The notes: generated from the letters alone by a model not told the origin. DNA of 64,000 bases from Octopus sinensis (GCF_006345805.1 NC_042997.1:25420001-25484000), one strand, 5' to 3'. Shown: positions 1 to 13,951, counted from the stretch's first letter. A program made the numbers and translations.

Positions 1-19
1 ATATATATATATATAATAT

Positions 20-50
<31 letters not shown>

Positions 51-582
51 CTTTATTTACACATGTACATGCGCTTACCAATACGCCCACAGCGATGAAA
101 CCCATCATCTTATAAATAACATCCCTCACGTACCCTCCACTTACAACGGTGTCATTAATAAACACGTAGTTGTGCACTGTTTTTATATGACTTAAGAAGC
201 GATACCATCTGATAACATATGAATAATTGAATTAAATTTCTTTGTATCATTCATTCGTTTCGACTCACCCAGCTCAACAAACCCTCACACCTCTTGCAAA
301 TTATTTTGATTCTTTCACGGAACACTGGTTTTCTCTTATATTGGAACATACCTTTAGTTGGCACTGTCTGCTGCTATTATCTGCAACGAAATTCATTCCA
401 GGTACAAAAAGAAAATGAGAATGTTTTCATTTTCTTTGTTTTATTTTCGCTAAAAATATCCTAACGTTCACCTCGTTATGCGCCATGTATGATATTCATA
501 TTAGCTATTTTATTTTATACTTTATTCTATTTTATTTTATTTTTACTATCATGTCCGTCCCTTTATATTTTCTTCGGTTTCA

Positions 583-794
583 TTCTTCTTCTTCTTCTTC
601 TTCTTCTTCTTCTTCTTCTTCTTCTTCTTCTTCTTCTTTTTCTTCTTCTTCTTTTTCTTCTTTTTCTTCTTCGGCTTCTTCGTCTTCTTCTTCTTCTTCG
701 TCTCCTTCATCTTCTTCTTCTTCTTCTTCTTCTTCTTCTTCTTCTTCGTCTCCTTCTTCTTCTTCTTCTTCTTCTTCTTCTTCTTCTTCTTCTT

Positions 795-825
<31 letters not shown>
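583..825 (+). repeat. (TCT)n microsatellite
   Basis: Long imperfect TTC/TCT run; source of the poly-Ser and poly-Leu ORFs at 485 and 489. Confidence 0.97.
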
Positions 826-1413
826 TTTTATATCTGATGGTCGTATGACCTTTTTTCTTTTGTTCCCTTTTTCTTTATTTAACAAGTAATAACTTCAATT
901 GGCTTTCTTTCACAACAACTTTTCTTTTTTTTATTTATATTTTATGTTTTTGCTTCTTCTTTCCGCTGCCTATCTTTCTGCCAAGTCTTCCTGATTTCTT
1001 GTCTGTCTGTCAGTCTGACTTCATTGCATTTGCATTATTTTGCGTTACCTTACAGTGCATTGCCTTGCCACAACATTGCAATTATAACGAATATAATCAA
1101 AATAGTATTATATTCAATTTCCTATTGTTTATTTAGTGTTGATTGAAAAATGTATTGACATCGTCATCATCACTGACAGCTTGTTTTAGCACATTTCCAG
1201 TCAGCGGTTTGATCTGGACGAGGCTATTTTTATTCAAACTATTAACAAATTCTTTATTCACTCGATAGAACAAAAGAAAGAAAAAGAAAAAGAAGAGAAA
1301 GAGAGCAACAGTTGATAGGGAAAGTAAGAGAAAAGGAAAGAGAGTGCATATATGCGTTTGAAGGGGAAAGTGGAATGAGAAGGTAGAAAGCAATAACTGA
1401 TGAAGATGATATG

Positions 1414-1447
<34 letters not shown>

Positions 1448-1604
1448 TGTATGTATGTAGATGAATGTGCGTGGTGTGAGTGTAGGAAAGAAATTTCCTC
1501 ATACTGGTCATCATGATCATCGTTATGAGCACCAAAATGATTTTCACAATGATAATATTAGTGAGAAAAGATTTTCAACCATATAAGGCTCTGTGATGGT
1601 TCTT

Positions 1605-1664
1605 TATCAACAGGTTCAAATTCAGTCAGTGATCGCCAACTGACTGAATTTGAACCTGTTGATA
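1605..1664. other. Perfect 26-bp inverted repeat with 8-nt loop (hairpin)
   Basis: 1605-1630 tatcaacaggttcaaattcagtcagt is the exact reverse complement of 1639-1664; the loop is gatcgcca. Confidence 0.95.
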
Positions 1665-2099
1665 TTTTGTTTTGTTTAAAACTAAATAACATAAACGTTA
1701 ATAGAGAGGCCTGTCGTTTGAAATGAAAGTTAAACAAAACAAAATACAGCTTTTAAGTCATTGTTTCCTTTTTATTTCGACTTTCAACCCATTTCGTGTC
1801 TCCAGAATCTATCCGAATTCTTGCTGTAATACTTATTTCGGTTTGATTCAGATTTTCCTAAGGATTGCGAATTAAAAACGGCAAACAGTCATGAATCAAA
1901 GTAAATATTCAGTAATAAAATAAAATATTTAAATAGAAGTTGCGTGAGTAGTTAAAAGTTTAAAGCCAGACGTCAGTTCTCTGAAAAGAGGTGAGTATGT
2001 CAGATATTTGCATGCAAAGAAACCATCGGACCAAAACTACAGTTACTTTGAAGTATTCAAAGAGTTTTTCAGAGTTTTGAAATGTGCAAGGCTAAAACT

Positions 2100-3460
2100 G
2101 AATGTTTCGAAGTTGAGTATAATTAGAATGACAGATATAAAATATTTGGAAGGTGGAACTTTTGCAAATGTATATATCTGATAACAGTGGTTAGAAATAT
2201 AAACGAAAATGCTGGGTATACACAGAACTGAGAGTATTGCGATTACGTATGAAGCCGTTTTTATGGAGCTGTTTAGCTCAGCTTATAAAAGAACAATATT
2301 TCAATGTATTCGCTTAGTTTTGTTGAGCTTTAAAACAGTACTGACGAAGCTGAATGGTGATGACAGCGTACCATCTTTGACGATCTTATTTGCCGCCACA
2401 ATTAGCCAATTAGATAAATTTATCTAAGACCATACTTTTGTAAACATTTGAACCATATCTTTGTTCTAAGTTTAACTGCCTCTCGCTAGTCACGCAAGAC
2501 CTGTTAAGGCGCATCCATTCCTCATTTGACTAAGCTATAATAACATATCTTAATGCAAAGTATCAATATTCTTTTTGAATGGTTGTAAGAGTATCTGAAT
2601 ACATTTTCTTAGCAGAGTAAATAACAACAGAGACAAAATTACCTGGTGCTACGACTATATCAATGGTTTTCCGTGAGGATAGTAAGCAAAGGAAGAACAG
2701 TATGAACACTATTGGCGTTGATATTTTACGTCGCATCAATTGCAAATTAACCAGATTTCAGACCCTACGAGCTATATCTATGAGAAGAAGGACTCTACAG
2801 TAAAGGTGAACGAAATTATGATAAAATTTTTCAATGAATAACTCGGAACTGGAGGTAAACACATTTTGTGTACTGAAGGCTAATATTTTTACCTCGGGGA
2901 TATTCTGCGATATAATATTTTCCGATACAGTGCAGTATTTCTAAGGAATTTTAAATGCATACTTTTTTGTGAAAAGGCATCTGTGTATCGGATAAAGTGA
3001 TTGCAGATAGTTTACCTACGCTGCAATAGTGTGAATGGATAAACAAGATTTGTGGTACCATTTTGCACGAGACTTTCGAATATATGCACCCTTGCTGCTG
3101 TATCTTTAAAATAATTCGAAATATAAAGATTTCAATAAAACTTGCGTTGAATAGAATGGAAATTTTGTATATATATATATTATATATATATATATATGCG
3201 TACACAAATGCATGTATATCAATGTATTTAAGTTTGTATATCTACAACGTACCGTACCTGTGTAACCATTCCAAGTATTTGTATTTTGTCCATGCAAATG
3301 TTTATGTATGCATTTATATTGAAAGGTATACGTACGTTAATAAACACCCAGAGTATTATTTTTCTCTTTCAGCAACTTGTTTGATGCTTTCTACAATCGA
3401 ATAATTCAAATTCAAAATTGGCGAATGATATCAAGTAGAGAGCGTGTCTTTGCGTGGATA
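2100..3460 (+). pseudogene. Highly degraded hAT-like transposase fossil
   Basis: RWN motif near 2150 (cf. hAT TRWNS), followed about 57 codons later by IRLVLLSFKTVLTKLNGDDSVPSLTIL (cf. L-PFK-AT-LSG-KYPTLS), and ISSRERVF near 3430 (cf. dimerisation SSERVFS). Many stops and frameshifts. Confidence 0.4.
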
Positions 3461-3956
3461 CACTATGATATCTGGTGTATTATTTAATCAAATCGCGTGT
3501 TTATTTGCAAAACATGAACCTAAACAAAATATACAAACAACTATGTTGATTAATTCATAAGAATATACATTCAAAACCTGAGGACAATCACGAATAGTTG
3601 ACATTTATTATTCAATTTGTCTTTTATATATGCACGTTTGTATGTATATACGTATGTATGCATATATATATATGTGAGTGCGTGTGAATGTATCAATGTA
3701 TGTTATATGTGTGTGTCTATATTTGTACGCATGTAAATGAAGGTACACACACATATATATATATCAAAATTCGTGAAACACTCCTACTGTTAATTCGATG
3801 TTTAGTGAAGAATATTCAAATATCTCAGAATGCTACATTTTTCTATCTTTATTTTCTACTATCCCTCTCGCACGCACGCCACAAATTCTGGCAGTGTCAT
3901 TTGTGTGAGTGTGTATATATATATATATATATATCAGTTTGTATAGGCATATACCT

Positions 3957-4014
<58 letters not shown>

Positions 4015-4289
4015 GGAGATGAAGCAGAAGGCACAAAATATGTTATTGAGTAAATCTTAAGTTTCGTGTCGAATTTAACAAACGATAAATGATATCTGTT
4101 GTCTGGGTCTCAATGCGGCTGTTTCATGTCTATGTGTTTACTTTTCTGCACGAGTGCGCGTTGGAACTTCCGACATTCACAGGCAGAACGACACACACAC
4201 ATTAATACACCCACACACACTCACATATCTATATATTCATATTTATATGCATACCTGTATCTATGTACGTATATGCAATCGTGTGCATA

Positions 4290-4498
4290 ATATATAAATA
4301 AATATATCTGTATATATGTATATATATATATATGTACATATATGTATAAATATATATATGTATATGTATATATATATATGTATATATATGCATATATATG
4401 TATATATATGTATATATTTGTATATATGTATGTATAGATATATATGTATACATATATGTGTATATATATGTATATATATGTATAGATAGATAGACAGT

Positions 4499-4576
<78 letters not shown>

Positions 4577-4580
4577 CTCA
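4290..4580. repeat. Compound (TA)n/(TATG)n/(GATA)n microsatellite
   Basis: Direct reading. Confidence 0.95.
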
Positions 4581-5647
4581 CACACAGAATGCTCGTTATT
4601 TCGACGTTGTTCTTTTAAAGGCTTACACACACATACATACACTCACACTCTTATGTAGATAGATATGTATTTATATACACGAGTGTGGACGTCTGTGTGT
4701 CTTCGTATGCACTTCTAGATAAACACCTAAAATATTTCATATTTTCTTATTAAACGGCTGAACTATTTATTTACCAAGTTTCTTACAAAAGAAAGATTCA
4801 TATTTGCTTTCCATTGTATTCATATTTGGAAGTCTGTTTTTTGTTTTAGGTTAATGTTATGTTGTTGTTATTGTTGTTGTTGACGTTACCGACGCTGATT
4901 TTGTTGTTCATCTCGCTGTTGTTGATATATCACATAGTTAAACTCATATTTATTAATTTTTTTTTTTCAAAACCCGTTCAAATTATTAGAAATCGAGATG
5001 GCGTGTATGGAGTGTGACTTCAAAAATATATGAAAATACAAAAAAATCATTCCGTATGTTTATGCGTGTACATACGTAGATGCATACACGCATATACTTG
5101 TGTGTGTGTGTGTGTGTGTTTGTGTATGTGTGTGTGTGTGTGTATGTGTGTGTGTGTGTGTGTGTGTATGTGTGTGTTATGTGTCTGTATGTGTTCAGAA
5201 TATAAATTGACAGTATTCAAGTATAGAAATCACAATTGAATATATCTGATACGAAACTTAATATCTATGGTTTTTATCTCTCTTCTATAGTCGTTCTCAC
5301 TCTCTCCCTTCTCTCTCTCTTACTCTCTCCTCTTTGTATATATATATATAGTGTGTATGTGTGTGTGTGTGCATTTACATATGTATGTATATTGTTACAT
5401 CATTTCCTTATTACGATCTCATTCATCACTGAGGAACTAAAAGTTCTTCAGTTATTTTCGAGAATATATTGAGGCATATTGTTGCATTTTGTAACATATA
5501 GCGCTTGAATAAAATATTTTTACTTTGGAAATGAAATGGAAATATAATTTAGTTCAACAGCAGCACTTTTCAGGGATATTTCAAAAATTTCATACGTATT
5601 TTGTGTTTGAAATGCATCATTATAACAGACTGCTACTAAAATTATAT

Positions 5648-5673
5648 ATTGATTATTATTATTATTATTATTA

Positions 5674-5729
<56 letters not shown>

Positions 5730-5788
5730 TTATTATTATATTATTATTATTATTATTATATTATTATCATCATCATCACCATCATCAC

Positions 5789-5832
<44 letters not shown>

Positions 5833-5868
5833 CCATCATCATCACCATCATCATTATTATTATTATTA
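5648..5868. repeat. (TAT)n/(CAT)n compound trinucleotide repeat; 3' tail/target of the adjacent LINE
   Basis: Direct reading; abuts the LINE 3' UTR. Confidence 0.95.
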
Positions 5869-6715
5869 TTCAGTAGTTTTATTTTTATAGCGTGCTTTCG
5901 CTTCACTACCGAGCGCAGCTCTGTGTGCCTTGGGTATGTGCTGTAGTTTGCTGTGGTGCTCTGATGGTTACTGTATTGAAAGTGTTTTGCGTAGGATGTG
6001 TGCAGTGCCCAGTTGTGCAATTTTCTCTTTGTTATATATATTTGTAAGTCCTGGTGTTTTTGTTATGTATTTGTCTGAATATTTTTTTATCATACCTAAT
6101 GCACCTACTATGATAGGAATTGTTTCTATTTTTAGATTCCACATTCGTTTGTATTTTGAAAGTTTCTGCATTTCTTTTAGAGAGACGTTGTCATGTGCTG
6201 GTATTGATACATCAATTAGAAAGCATTTTGTTTCTTCCTGATTTCTGCTGACTATATCTGGTCTGTTGGCCTTAATTTCTCTATCTCTGTGCATTGTCAT
6301 ATCCCAGAGTATGGTTACTTTCTCGTTTTCTATGACCTTTGCTGGTGTGTGCGTATACTATCTTTTTTCTGTTGTTATTCCATGGTGTTCACATAGCTTC
6401 CAGTGTATGTAGGTCCCAAATCTGTCGTGTCTGTGAATATATTCCTTTTTTTGCCAGGACTGGGCAGCTAGAGATAATATGATTTATTGTTTCTTGTCCA
6501 TCTCCACATATTCTGCAGTTACTTGTTATGTTTCTTTTCATTATATGTTTTTGGTAATTTCTTGTGGGGAGGCTTTGGTCTTGTGCTACAATTCAAAATC
6601 CCTCTGTCTCTGCTTTGAGTCATGAGCTTCTCAACCATCGTTGGGATTTTTCTCTGTCTATTTCATTTGCGTTTAATTTAGCCCAGTATTTGCAATGAAG
6701 GAGCATTAATTGCCA
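5869..6715 (-). mobile_element. 5'-truncated R4/Dong-like non-LTR retrotransposon (CCHC knuckle plus restriction-like endonuclease)
   Basis: Minus strand reads EIDREKSQRWLRSS*LKAETEGF*IVAQDQSLPTRNYQK, then CRIC...H-IIS-C, then ANRPDIV...CFLIDVSIP...KLSKY...IPIIVGALG...TAHILRKTL (PD-D-K RLE motif). Premature stops present; (TAA)n on both sides. Confidence 0.9.
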
Positions 6716-6721
6716 TTATTA

Positions 6722-6779
<58 letters not shown>

Positions 6780-6900
6780 GGTTATTGTAAGTTTGACTTT
6801 TGCTTTACATTTGTACAAGTTGGCCCCAACCCTCACCCAGAGACCTCAAGAGACAACAAGTTGGAATTTCATGTTATAATTATTTTTATCATTATTGTTG

Positions 6901-6946
<46 letters not shown>

Positions 6947-7025
6947 AATCATCATCATCATCGTCCTCGTCGTCATTATTATCATTATTATTATTATCAT
7001 CATCATTATTATTATTATCATTATT
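6716..7025. repeat. (TAT)n and (CAT)n tracts
   Basis: Direct reading. Confidence 0.9.
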
Positions 7026-7243
7026 ATTTCAAAGTTTGTGAGGAAGCAGAATCGTTAACACATCGGAGAAGGTGCTTAGCGCCATTTCATCCGTCTTTAC
7101 GATCTGAGTTCTAGTTCTAGTTCTAGTTTCTTTGCCTCACATCATTTCGAAATCGAGAAAACAAGTACGTCTTCAGCATTTGGCTTGATATAATGAATTC
7201 AATCCTCCCATAAAACTGCTGGCCTCGTATCAAAATTTGAATG

Positions 7244-7281
<38 letters not shown>

Positions 7282-7289
7282 CTATCATC

Positions 7290-7590
7290 AGAGCTCTAGA
7301 TTTTACTGAATCCGGTAAAATTTGTGAGAACGCACAGCAATCTTTTGTCAAAGGTCTCACCGCGTATTTCCACGATACCCATGTACTAATCTCAAAATCT
7401 TTGCTGTCCCCAACAGAGCAAGGGTTTTTTTTCAGCATATTCTGCTCTCATGTCAATTCCAATTTCTTTGACATATTTCTCAAACCTGGTTGCTTGTGCT
7501 CCCAGCTCATCTGCAACTACTGACATAAGAGTTACTTTCTTCATTGCCCACATTCGTGACATTTCGTCTGTTAGTAACATGTAGTCTCCA
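7290..7590 (-). mobile_element. 3' end of a second RLE-type (R4-like) LINE family with (GAT)n tail
   Basis: MWAMKKVTLMSVVADELGAQATRFEKYVKEIGIDMRAEYA resembles the RLE C-terminus (MW...IPVVVGALG...TALLGTARIL); followed by (GAT)n at 7244-7290. Confidence 0.7.
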
Positions 7591-8028
7591 TTTTACCAGC
7601 TCTAAACTAGAAGTATTTTAGTGAATATAACACAATATATTTTTTTCTCTTTTTTTCATCCATCTTTACCCGAATATTCTTATGAACAATATATGAAACA
7701 AAATCTTCACCTAATTCCCCTTAATTAGTGTAGGTTGTTTTGTACCTCATTATTATCTTCTAGTTGACAATTGCGCATGCACGCACAGCCTCACAAATCC
7801 TGCTACCATCATTGTTACTTTGTTACATTTAGGAATCGTCGTCGTCGATTAGCGAGAATTTTTAACAGAGTATCATACTTATAATTTGGAAGTGCCCTAT
7901 GTTGCTAGCAATTCATCTCTATAGCTTTAGATTTTCTGCAAAATATCCATTGCAATATCTTGCCATTAGGCATAATCTCAGCACACACAGAGGCACACAC
8001 ATACATTCACTCACACTCCCATATATAT

Positions 8029-8100
<72 letters not shown>

Positions 8101-8828
8101 GTGTGTGTGTTAGCTCACACAAGAATACACACACTGATTAAAGCATACTTTCATAAAATAATTGCTAGGATTTAGAGAACACTTCAAAATTGCTACACTT
8201 TGTCTAGAATATGTTGCTTTACATTTCATTTGATTTACATAAATTTCTATTTGCATTTCGCTTTGTTTATGTAAATAAAAATAGAAACAGAAATCAAAAC
8301 CAATAAAGCAATATTCCATGGAATTCTCTTTTGTCCGTATCTTTGTGTAATGGTAATTAAATCATTAAAACCATGAAATAATATGATATTTTAATTAGAC
8401 GCCTGAGGAATTATGCGAATTGTTTCAATAACAGATCGACTCACTCACTAGCTCACTCATAGACGCACATGAATACACATACACACGTATGTAAACACAT
8501 TACGCTATGCGTGTACACACATGTACACACGCTCACACAAATACAATTTCGAATACAGATTGAAAATTGTAACATATTTCCAAACAAGAAGAAATATTTA
8601 AAAATAACAAACAACTGAAAATACAAACAAAAAAAAAAATTATTAAAATTTTATGTAAAGGAGAATAGTGAAAATAATAACGAAAAGAGGAGAATATGAG
8701 AAGCATCTAGTTATATTTAGAAAAATATATAGATATGGAAGTTGGAGCAGGAACAAATGTTCTGTTTTATAATTGACTTTAAACTCAAATACCATAACAA
8801 AGCAATCAGTATTTACAAAGTAATAAGA

Positions 8829-8874
<46 letters not shown>

Positions 8875-9257
8875 TGTTGCTGTTGTTCTTGTTCTTGTTG
8901 TTGCATTTTAGTAAGTAATTAATGTTATTGATGTATTTTGTTAATACATGTGATGTTAATTTTGTTTGTTGCTGGTTTTTGTGAGCATCGTTGTTTTGGA
9001 ATTTTTATTTATTCTATATTATAAGTGTAGTTGTGTGCATGTCCTGTATGTGTGTGTGTGTATGTGTGTGTTTGTGTGTGTGTTTGCGTGTGTGTGTGCG
9101 TGTTTATTTGTTTTTAATTTTGTTCATTAAGATGTTTGATGGTAATAGCGATGAAGGTAGCAGTAAGAGTGGCATTGTGGAATTAGTGGCGGTAACGGTT
9201 GTAGTGATGCCCGTTATTGCTGTACATACATGTTGTTGTTTCAGTTTACTTCTTTGT

Positions 9258-9289
<32 letters not shown>

Positions 9290-9961
9290 TAGTAGTAGTT
9301 TTGCTTTTTTCTGTTTTCGCTTTGTTATATTATTCATGCAATAGATCACTAACTTACAAGTACATCAAATTTATACATCAATCATATGCCAAAAATCCTC
9401 ATCAAGTTCGCCGTCAAGGAACAAAATCACATCCTCCGCTTCCTCCTCCTCCTCCTCATCATCATCATCATCATCGTTATCATCATCATCATCTTCACCA
9501 CCGATATGCATCATAATAACCATTATTTTCATCGTCTCTGTCAACATCACAATTAATTGCATTCATCGTCTCGCTGATAGCCATCATTATTAATGTTGAT
9601 ACCTTAACCGAAACCAAGAGTAATGCATGTTAGAATCGGCAGAGAACAGGTTTTGTTTTTGGTAGTGTCTAACAACAAAATTGTGTTCGCGTTCAAATCC
9701 ACTCAGCTCTTAATTTTTTTGATCTTCAACACTAATGTGCTGTACATATAAAAGTATCGATATCTATCGTGATAAAATAACTATAAAATCTAAAGGCGAT
9801 TCGGTACTGGGCCCGTCTATTGCAAAATATGTATTTTCATGCTAAGGTAATAATAATTTTTATAAATATTTTTCGATATGCTACCACCATGAAGATAGTC
9901 ATAGGGATGATCATAATCATCAGTATCACCGTCAGCATTGTATATTCATATGGATGTTTCT

Positions 9962-10003
<42 letters not shown>

Positions 10004-11099
10004 ATAAGTTATGTAAAATGTTGATCATGATAGAGTTAAAAACAGTGGTCTCCCTCGATGTTCAGATTTAAAAATTTTAAATAGTTTCTTTTATATTGTA
10101 GATAACCTGTGGGCCTCATATTTGTCTAGTCTGTAACAAATTTAAAACGTTTTTATTCGCTGTAGTTTAGTGTAGAGAGAGACTGAAGTTTCAAGTAAGA
10201 CCAACTGAGTGAATGATGCAGCTAATATCCTATTTCTTTGCTAGCTTTATTAATACCTTATGTTGGTCCAGATCAGGGTAACTGAATGTGTTTTTTTTTT
10301 CTATAATTCCGTTGCATATCTCGAATATTGAAGAGTCAGAAGATAAAGCTGAAGTTTCTGTTTGTTATATGAGGTATGAGTAATTCAAATCAACTGCGAG
10401 TGTGCGAAACAAACGTAGAGATAATTTTGTCTCGCTCTTCAACAGAAAATGCAAATGATAAATATTATACATATATATATATATATATATATATCAAAAT
10501 AAGCAACAAGGATATCCAGAGGTAATGCAGTACGTTCGTTTCATGCGACTCCATTTAATTGAACAATACAATAATTTCATTACATCACTTTAAAATGTAG
10601 AGCAATCTTCAGTTGCACAAAGACATAGAATTTAAATAAATTATAAGAACACAGTAAAATTTTACCCAAAATCTCCAAGAAATTTTATGGATAATACCAT
10701 ACTAAATTCTGGTGCCTCAAACTAAGTACCATATTCATCTGAATATATATATATATGCAACATTTTAACTGATAATTGTTGCATTTATTTTCTTGTAAAT
10801 TACCTTTTAATGAAGCTAACACAAACCATAATAACACAGATTAGAAGGATACATATGATATATAGATGTATTTCTTTGGATCAGAAATATAGTAACTTTA
10901 TTTTATTGTATTAATCACAGCGAGAATACATCACTAATTTTATCTGTATGTCGAAATATTGTAGTATTCATAAACTTTTGCTATACTTCTGCTAACATTA
11001 GCAAAAATACTTTAATACTTAAAATAATACAGAAAAAAAATTAGATAATACGCAGACTGGAATCCCAAATTGTTGGTCACAGAATTAAAGAAAAAACAT

Positions 11100-11870
11100 A
11101 AGTTTTAATGCAGCGCAACTAGACCTGGAGAAAAGAGGTCGCATCATTGACGAGGTGGAATACTGGCTGCAAGTCGAAGGTAGCTGAAGTTACAGATAAG
11201 TCTGTTACAAGCGAAATGGAAGATTGTTAGGTGCGATGAAAATGGTGTGGTTTTCCTGCCTACGAATTGTTGGATTATAATACGATTTGGCGATCACGCA
11301 GATTGTCGGTGGAATTCATGGAATTGAAGTTTGATTAGGCTAAATTCATAAAATGCTATTTCTTGATGGTGCAGAAGTCGTATCATCGTTTGAAATGCCC
11401 AATAAATTGTGGGACAATTTCCATATGCCTTTATTCTGACAATAAGCTTATAAAAACAGAAGAAATACACTTCCCAAATAAAATTCCAAAGTAAAATGAA
11501 GGCTGTAACTCTCATCCACATGTTCGTATTTAAAGGAAATACTTTATAAAAGCGGATGGACGGGATCTAAAATATACGAAATCTTCTGCCTATTGGGGTA
11601 GAAGAAGTAATGAAAAGGCTTCCGTGTATGATGAGATCGGAAATAGGTAGGTTATTGAAAAAATCTGTCACCTTTGGTAAATTACTAACCCACATCTGGA
11701 AAAGAAATCGATCGTATTCAGAATGCAATAATCGTTGTGCATCGAACTTCAGCCCCTACTATTTTGTCTTACAGAAGTGAGACCACTATTTCTTATAACT
11801 ATCAGATAGCGCAATTTGATACATTTCCAAGAATCTATGGGTATAATAATAAAAGAATCCAATCTAACAT
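11100..11870 (+). pseudogene. Very degraded Tc1-like transposase fossil
   Basis: QLDLEKRGRII at the start (HTH-like), an FQDDNARPHR-like remnant near 11715 and an ENLWGIIKR-like remnant near 11830; needs several frameshifts to align. Confidence 0.3.
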
Positions 11871-12045
11871 GTGAAGTTTTCTCATCCATTCTCAAAGTAA
11901 ATGCTTTGAACAGGTAACTATCTCAGGACCTCCAATAAAGTAAACTGCGCGAGAACGTACCAAATAGTGAAGAATCTCCCTTATGAAACAAATCTAAAAT
12001 GATATCAAATATATCTTCCTTAAATGCATCTAATGCATATATATG

Positions 12046-12061
<16 letters not shown>

Positions 12062-12085
<24 letters not shown>

Positions 12086-12283
12086 CGTTTGTGTTTGTCT
12101 ACCTAGCATTGCTTGACAACCGATGCTGGTGTGTTTACGTCCCTGTCACTTAGCGGTTCGGCAAAAGAGACCGATAGAATAAGTACTGGGCTTACGAAGA
12201 ATAAGTTCCGGGGTCGATTTGTTCGACTAAAGGTGGTGCTCCAGCATGGCCGCAGTCAAATGACTGAAACAAGTAAAAGAGTA
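12062..12283 (+). mobile_element. tRNA-derived SINE family A, 3' half
   Basis: Matches the 3' half of the full copy at 20780-21192. Confidence 0.9.
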
Positions 12284-12341
12284 ATGCTTTCTTCAGAAAT
12301 GCCGCAGGGTCGCACCTTAAGGAGAAAACAACGAATACACA

Positions 12342-12715
12342 TACTCTGTTACTCTTTTACTCGTTTACTTGTTTCAGTCATTTGACTGCGGCCATGCTGG
12401 AACACCGCCTTTAGTCGAGCAAATCGACTCCAAGACTTATTTTTTGTAAGCCTAGAACTTATTCTATCCGTCTCTTTTGCCGAACCGCTAAGATACGGGG
12501 ACATAAACACGCCAGCATCGGTTGTCAAGCGATGTTGGGGGGGGGGGCAAACAGAGGCACACAGACACACAAATATATACATCAGTTTCCGTCTACCAAA
12601 TCCACTCACAATTTTTTCGTCGGCGTGAGGCTATAGTAGAAGACACTTGCCCAAGGTCACGCATTGAGACTGAACTCGGAACCATGTGGTTGGTAAGCAA
12701 GCTACTTGCAACACA
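12342..12715 (-). mobile_element. SINE family A, near full length
   Basis: Reverse complement of the family A sequence. Confidence 0.9.
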
Positions 12716-13908
12716 CAAAAGAAAAATTGAAAAGGTAAACGTGAAACTTGACATCAGTTTGCACTGATTGCCAATGATTTGTAAAGACTAGTTTTATGTG
12801 TGAATCTAATGTTTTTTGCCGAGAAACAACCACAAGTATTTTCATGGAATGATTCACAAGCACACACACACACAAACACACATTCACGCGCACACCTATT
12901 TGCGTTAAAATATGTAGTAGTTATGCATGTCAATGTATGTATGTTTACATGAAAGTATGAATACTTATGAGTGTATATAAAATTTCTTATTTAGAAATTT
13001 ACAACATGAAGAAGTTCTTTAAACATAATCATAGAGAAGGTGTCTCTTTATATAACACCTATGCACTAAACGTAGAATTCTTTCGTAATAATGGGAAACA
13101 CGAAACTTCGTAAACAGCCTGTGAAATACACTTATATTTTTTATATGCAACCATGTGTCCAAAGATGTATATGTATGTTATGTATAATATACACAACCAT
13201 ACAGATATACGCATGTAGATATATGTATGTATGTACGTACGTGTGTGCGTGTGTATGTGTGTTATGTATTTGCACACACCTTAAAGTTTCATGCATTATC
13301 TATCCTGAAATATCGATCTCTACGACAAATAATTGATTGAAAATATGCATTAAGTGTTCTCTGTATTCGTAGCGAAAATATTACTGATTTAGCAAGATAG
13401 AATAATAATGATAATGCTAACGGGTTATTTCTGTTCAGCAGGGAGATACCGTACCATAAATGTTTCTAATTATCTCCGCGATATTTCTATTCGTAGATTA
13501 CAACGCAGACTTACACCGCCGTTGCGTTTCTGTTTTCAGTATTTCTCATTAGTTTGCCCTCGAGACGCCAAATTTCTTGGAGATTTGCTAACGTTTCACC
13601 GTCACTTTTATTTAGTTTCCTTCATTACAAACTTGCCCTTAAGACACGATATTTCGAGTAAATTCTGCGCTCTTCATTCTTTTGGGTCAGTCCCGTTTCC
13701 AAGCTATTTATTGCTTTCACCGAGTCAAATCGTAGAGGTGAAAATCAGCAGGCCTCTGTTTCATGTCAGAGGTCAGAGTAGCTAATTCCAAAAGATTTCC
13801 AACTTGATATCGTAGCAAATCGAATTTGCTAGGCATCCAGTGGATGAGCAGTGCAAAAAGTAGATTAGATAAAATTCTCGCTCCTTCTACTTTACTTTCT
13901 CTCCCACC

Positions 13909-13951
<43 letters not shown>

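Noticed and set aside
485-889. Poly-Ser/poly-Leu ORFs, and all IY/VC/HT/LSIY-type ORFs in the track (e.g. 32481-33164, 37905-38700, 50088-50798)
   Set aside because: They are translations of microsatellites, with no domain signal.
8405-8435. CTGAGGA...CGAA hammerhead-like strings (also near 3580, 20690 minus, 22790, 59720 minus)
   Set aside because: Missing GAAAC/NUH or stems I-III; at best unrecoverably decayed.
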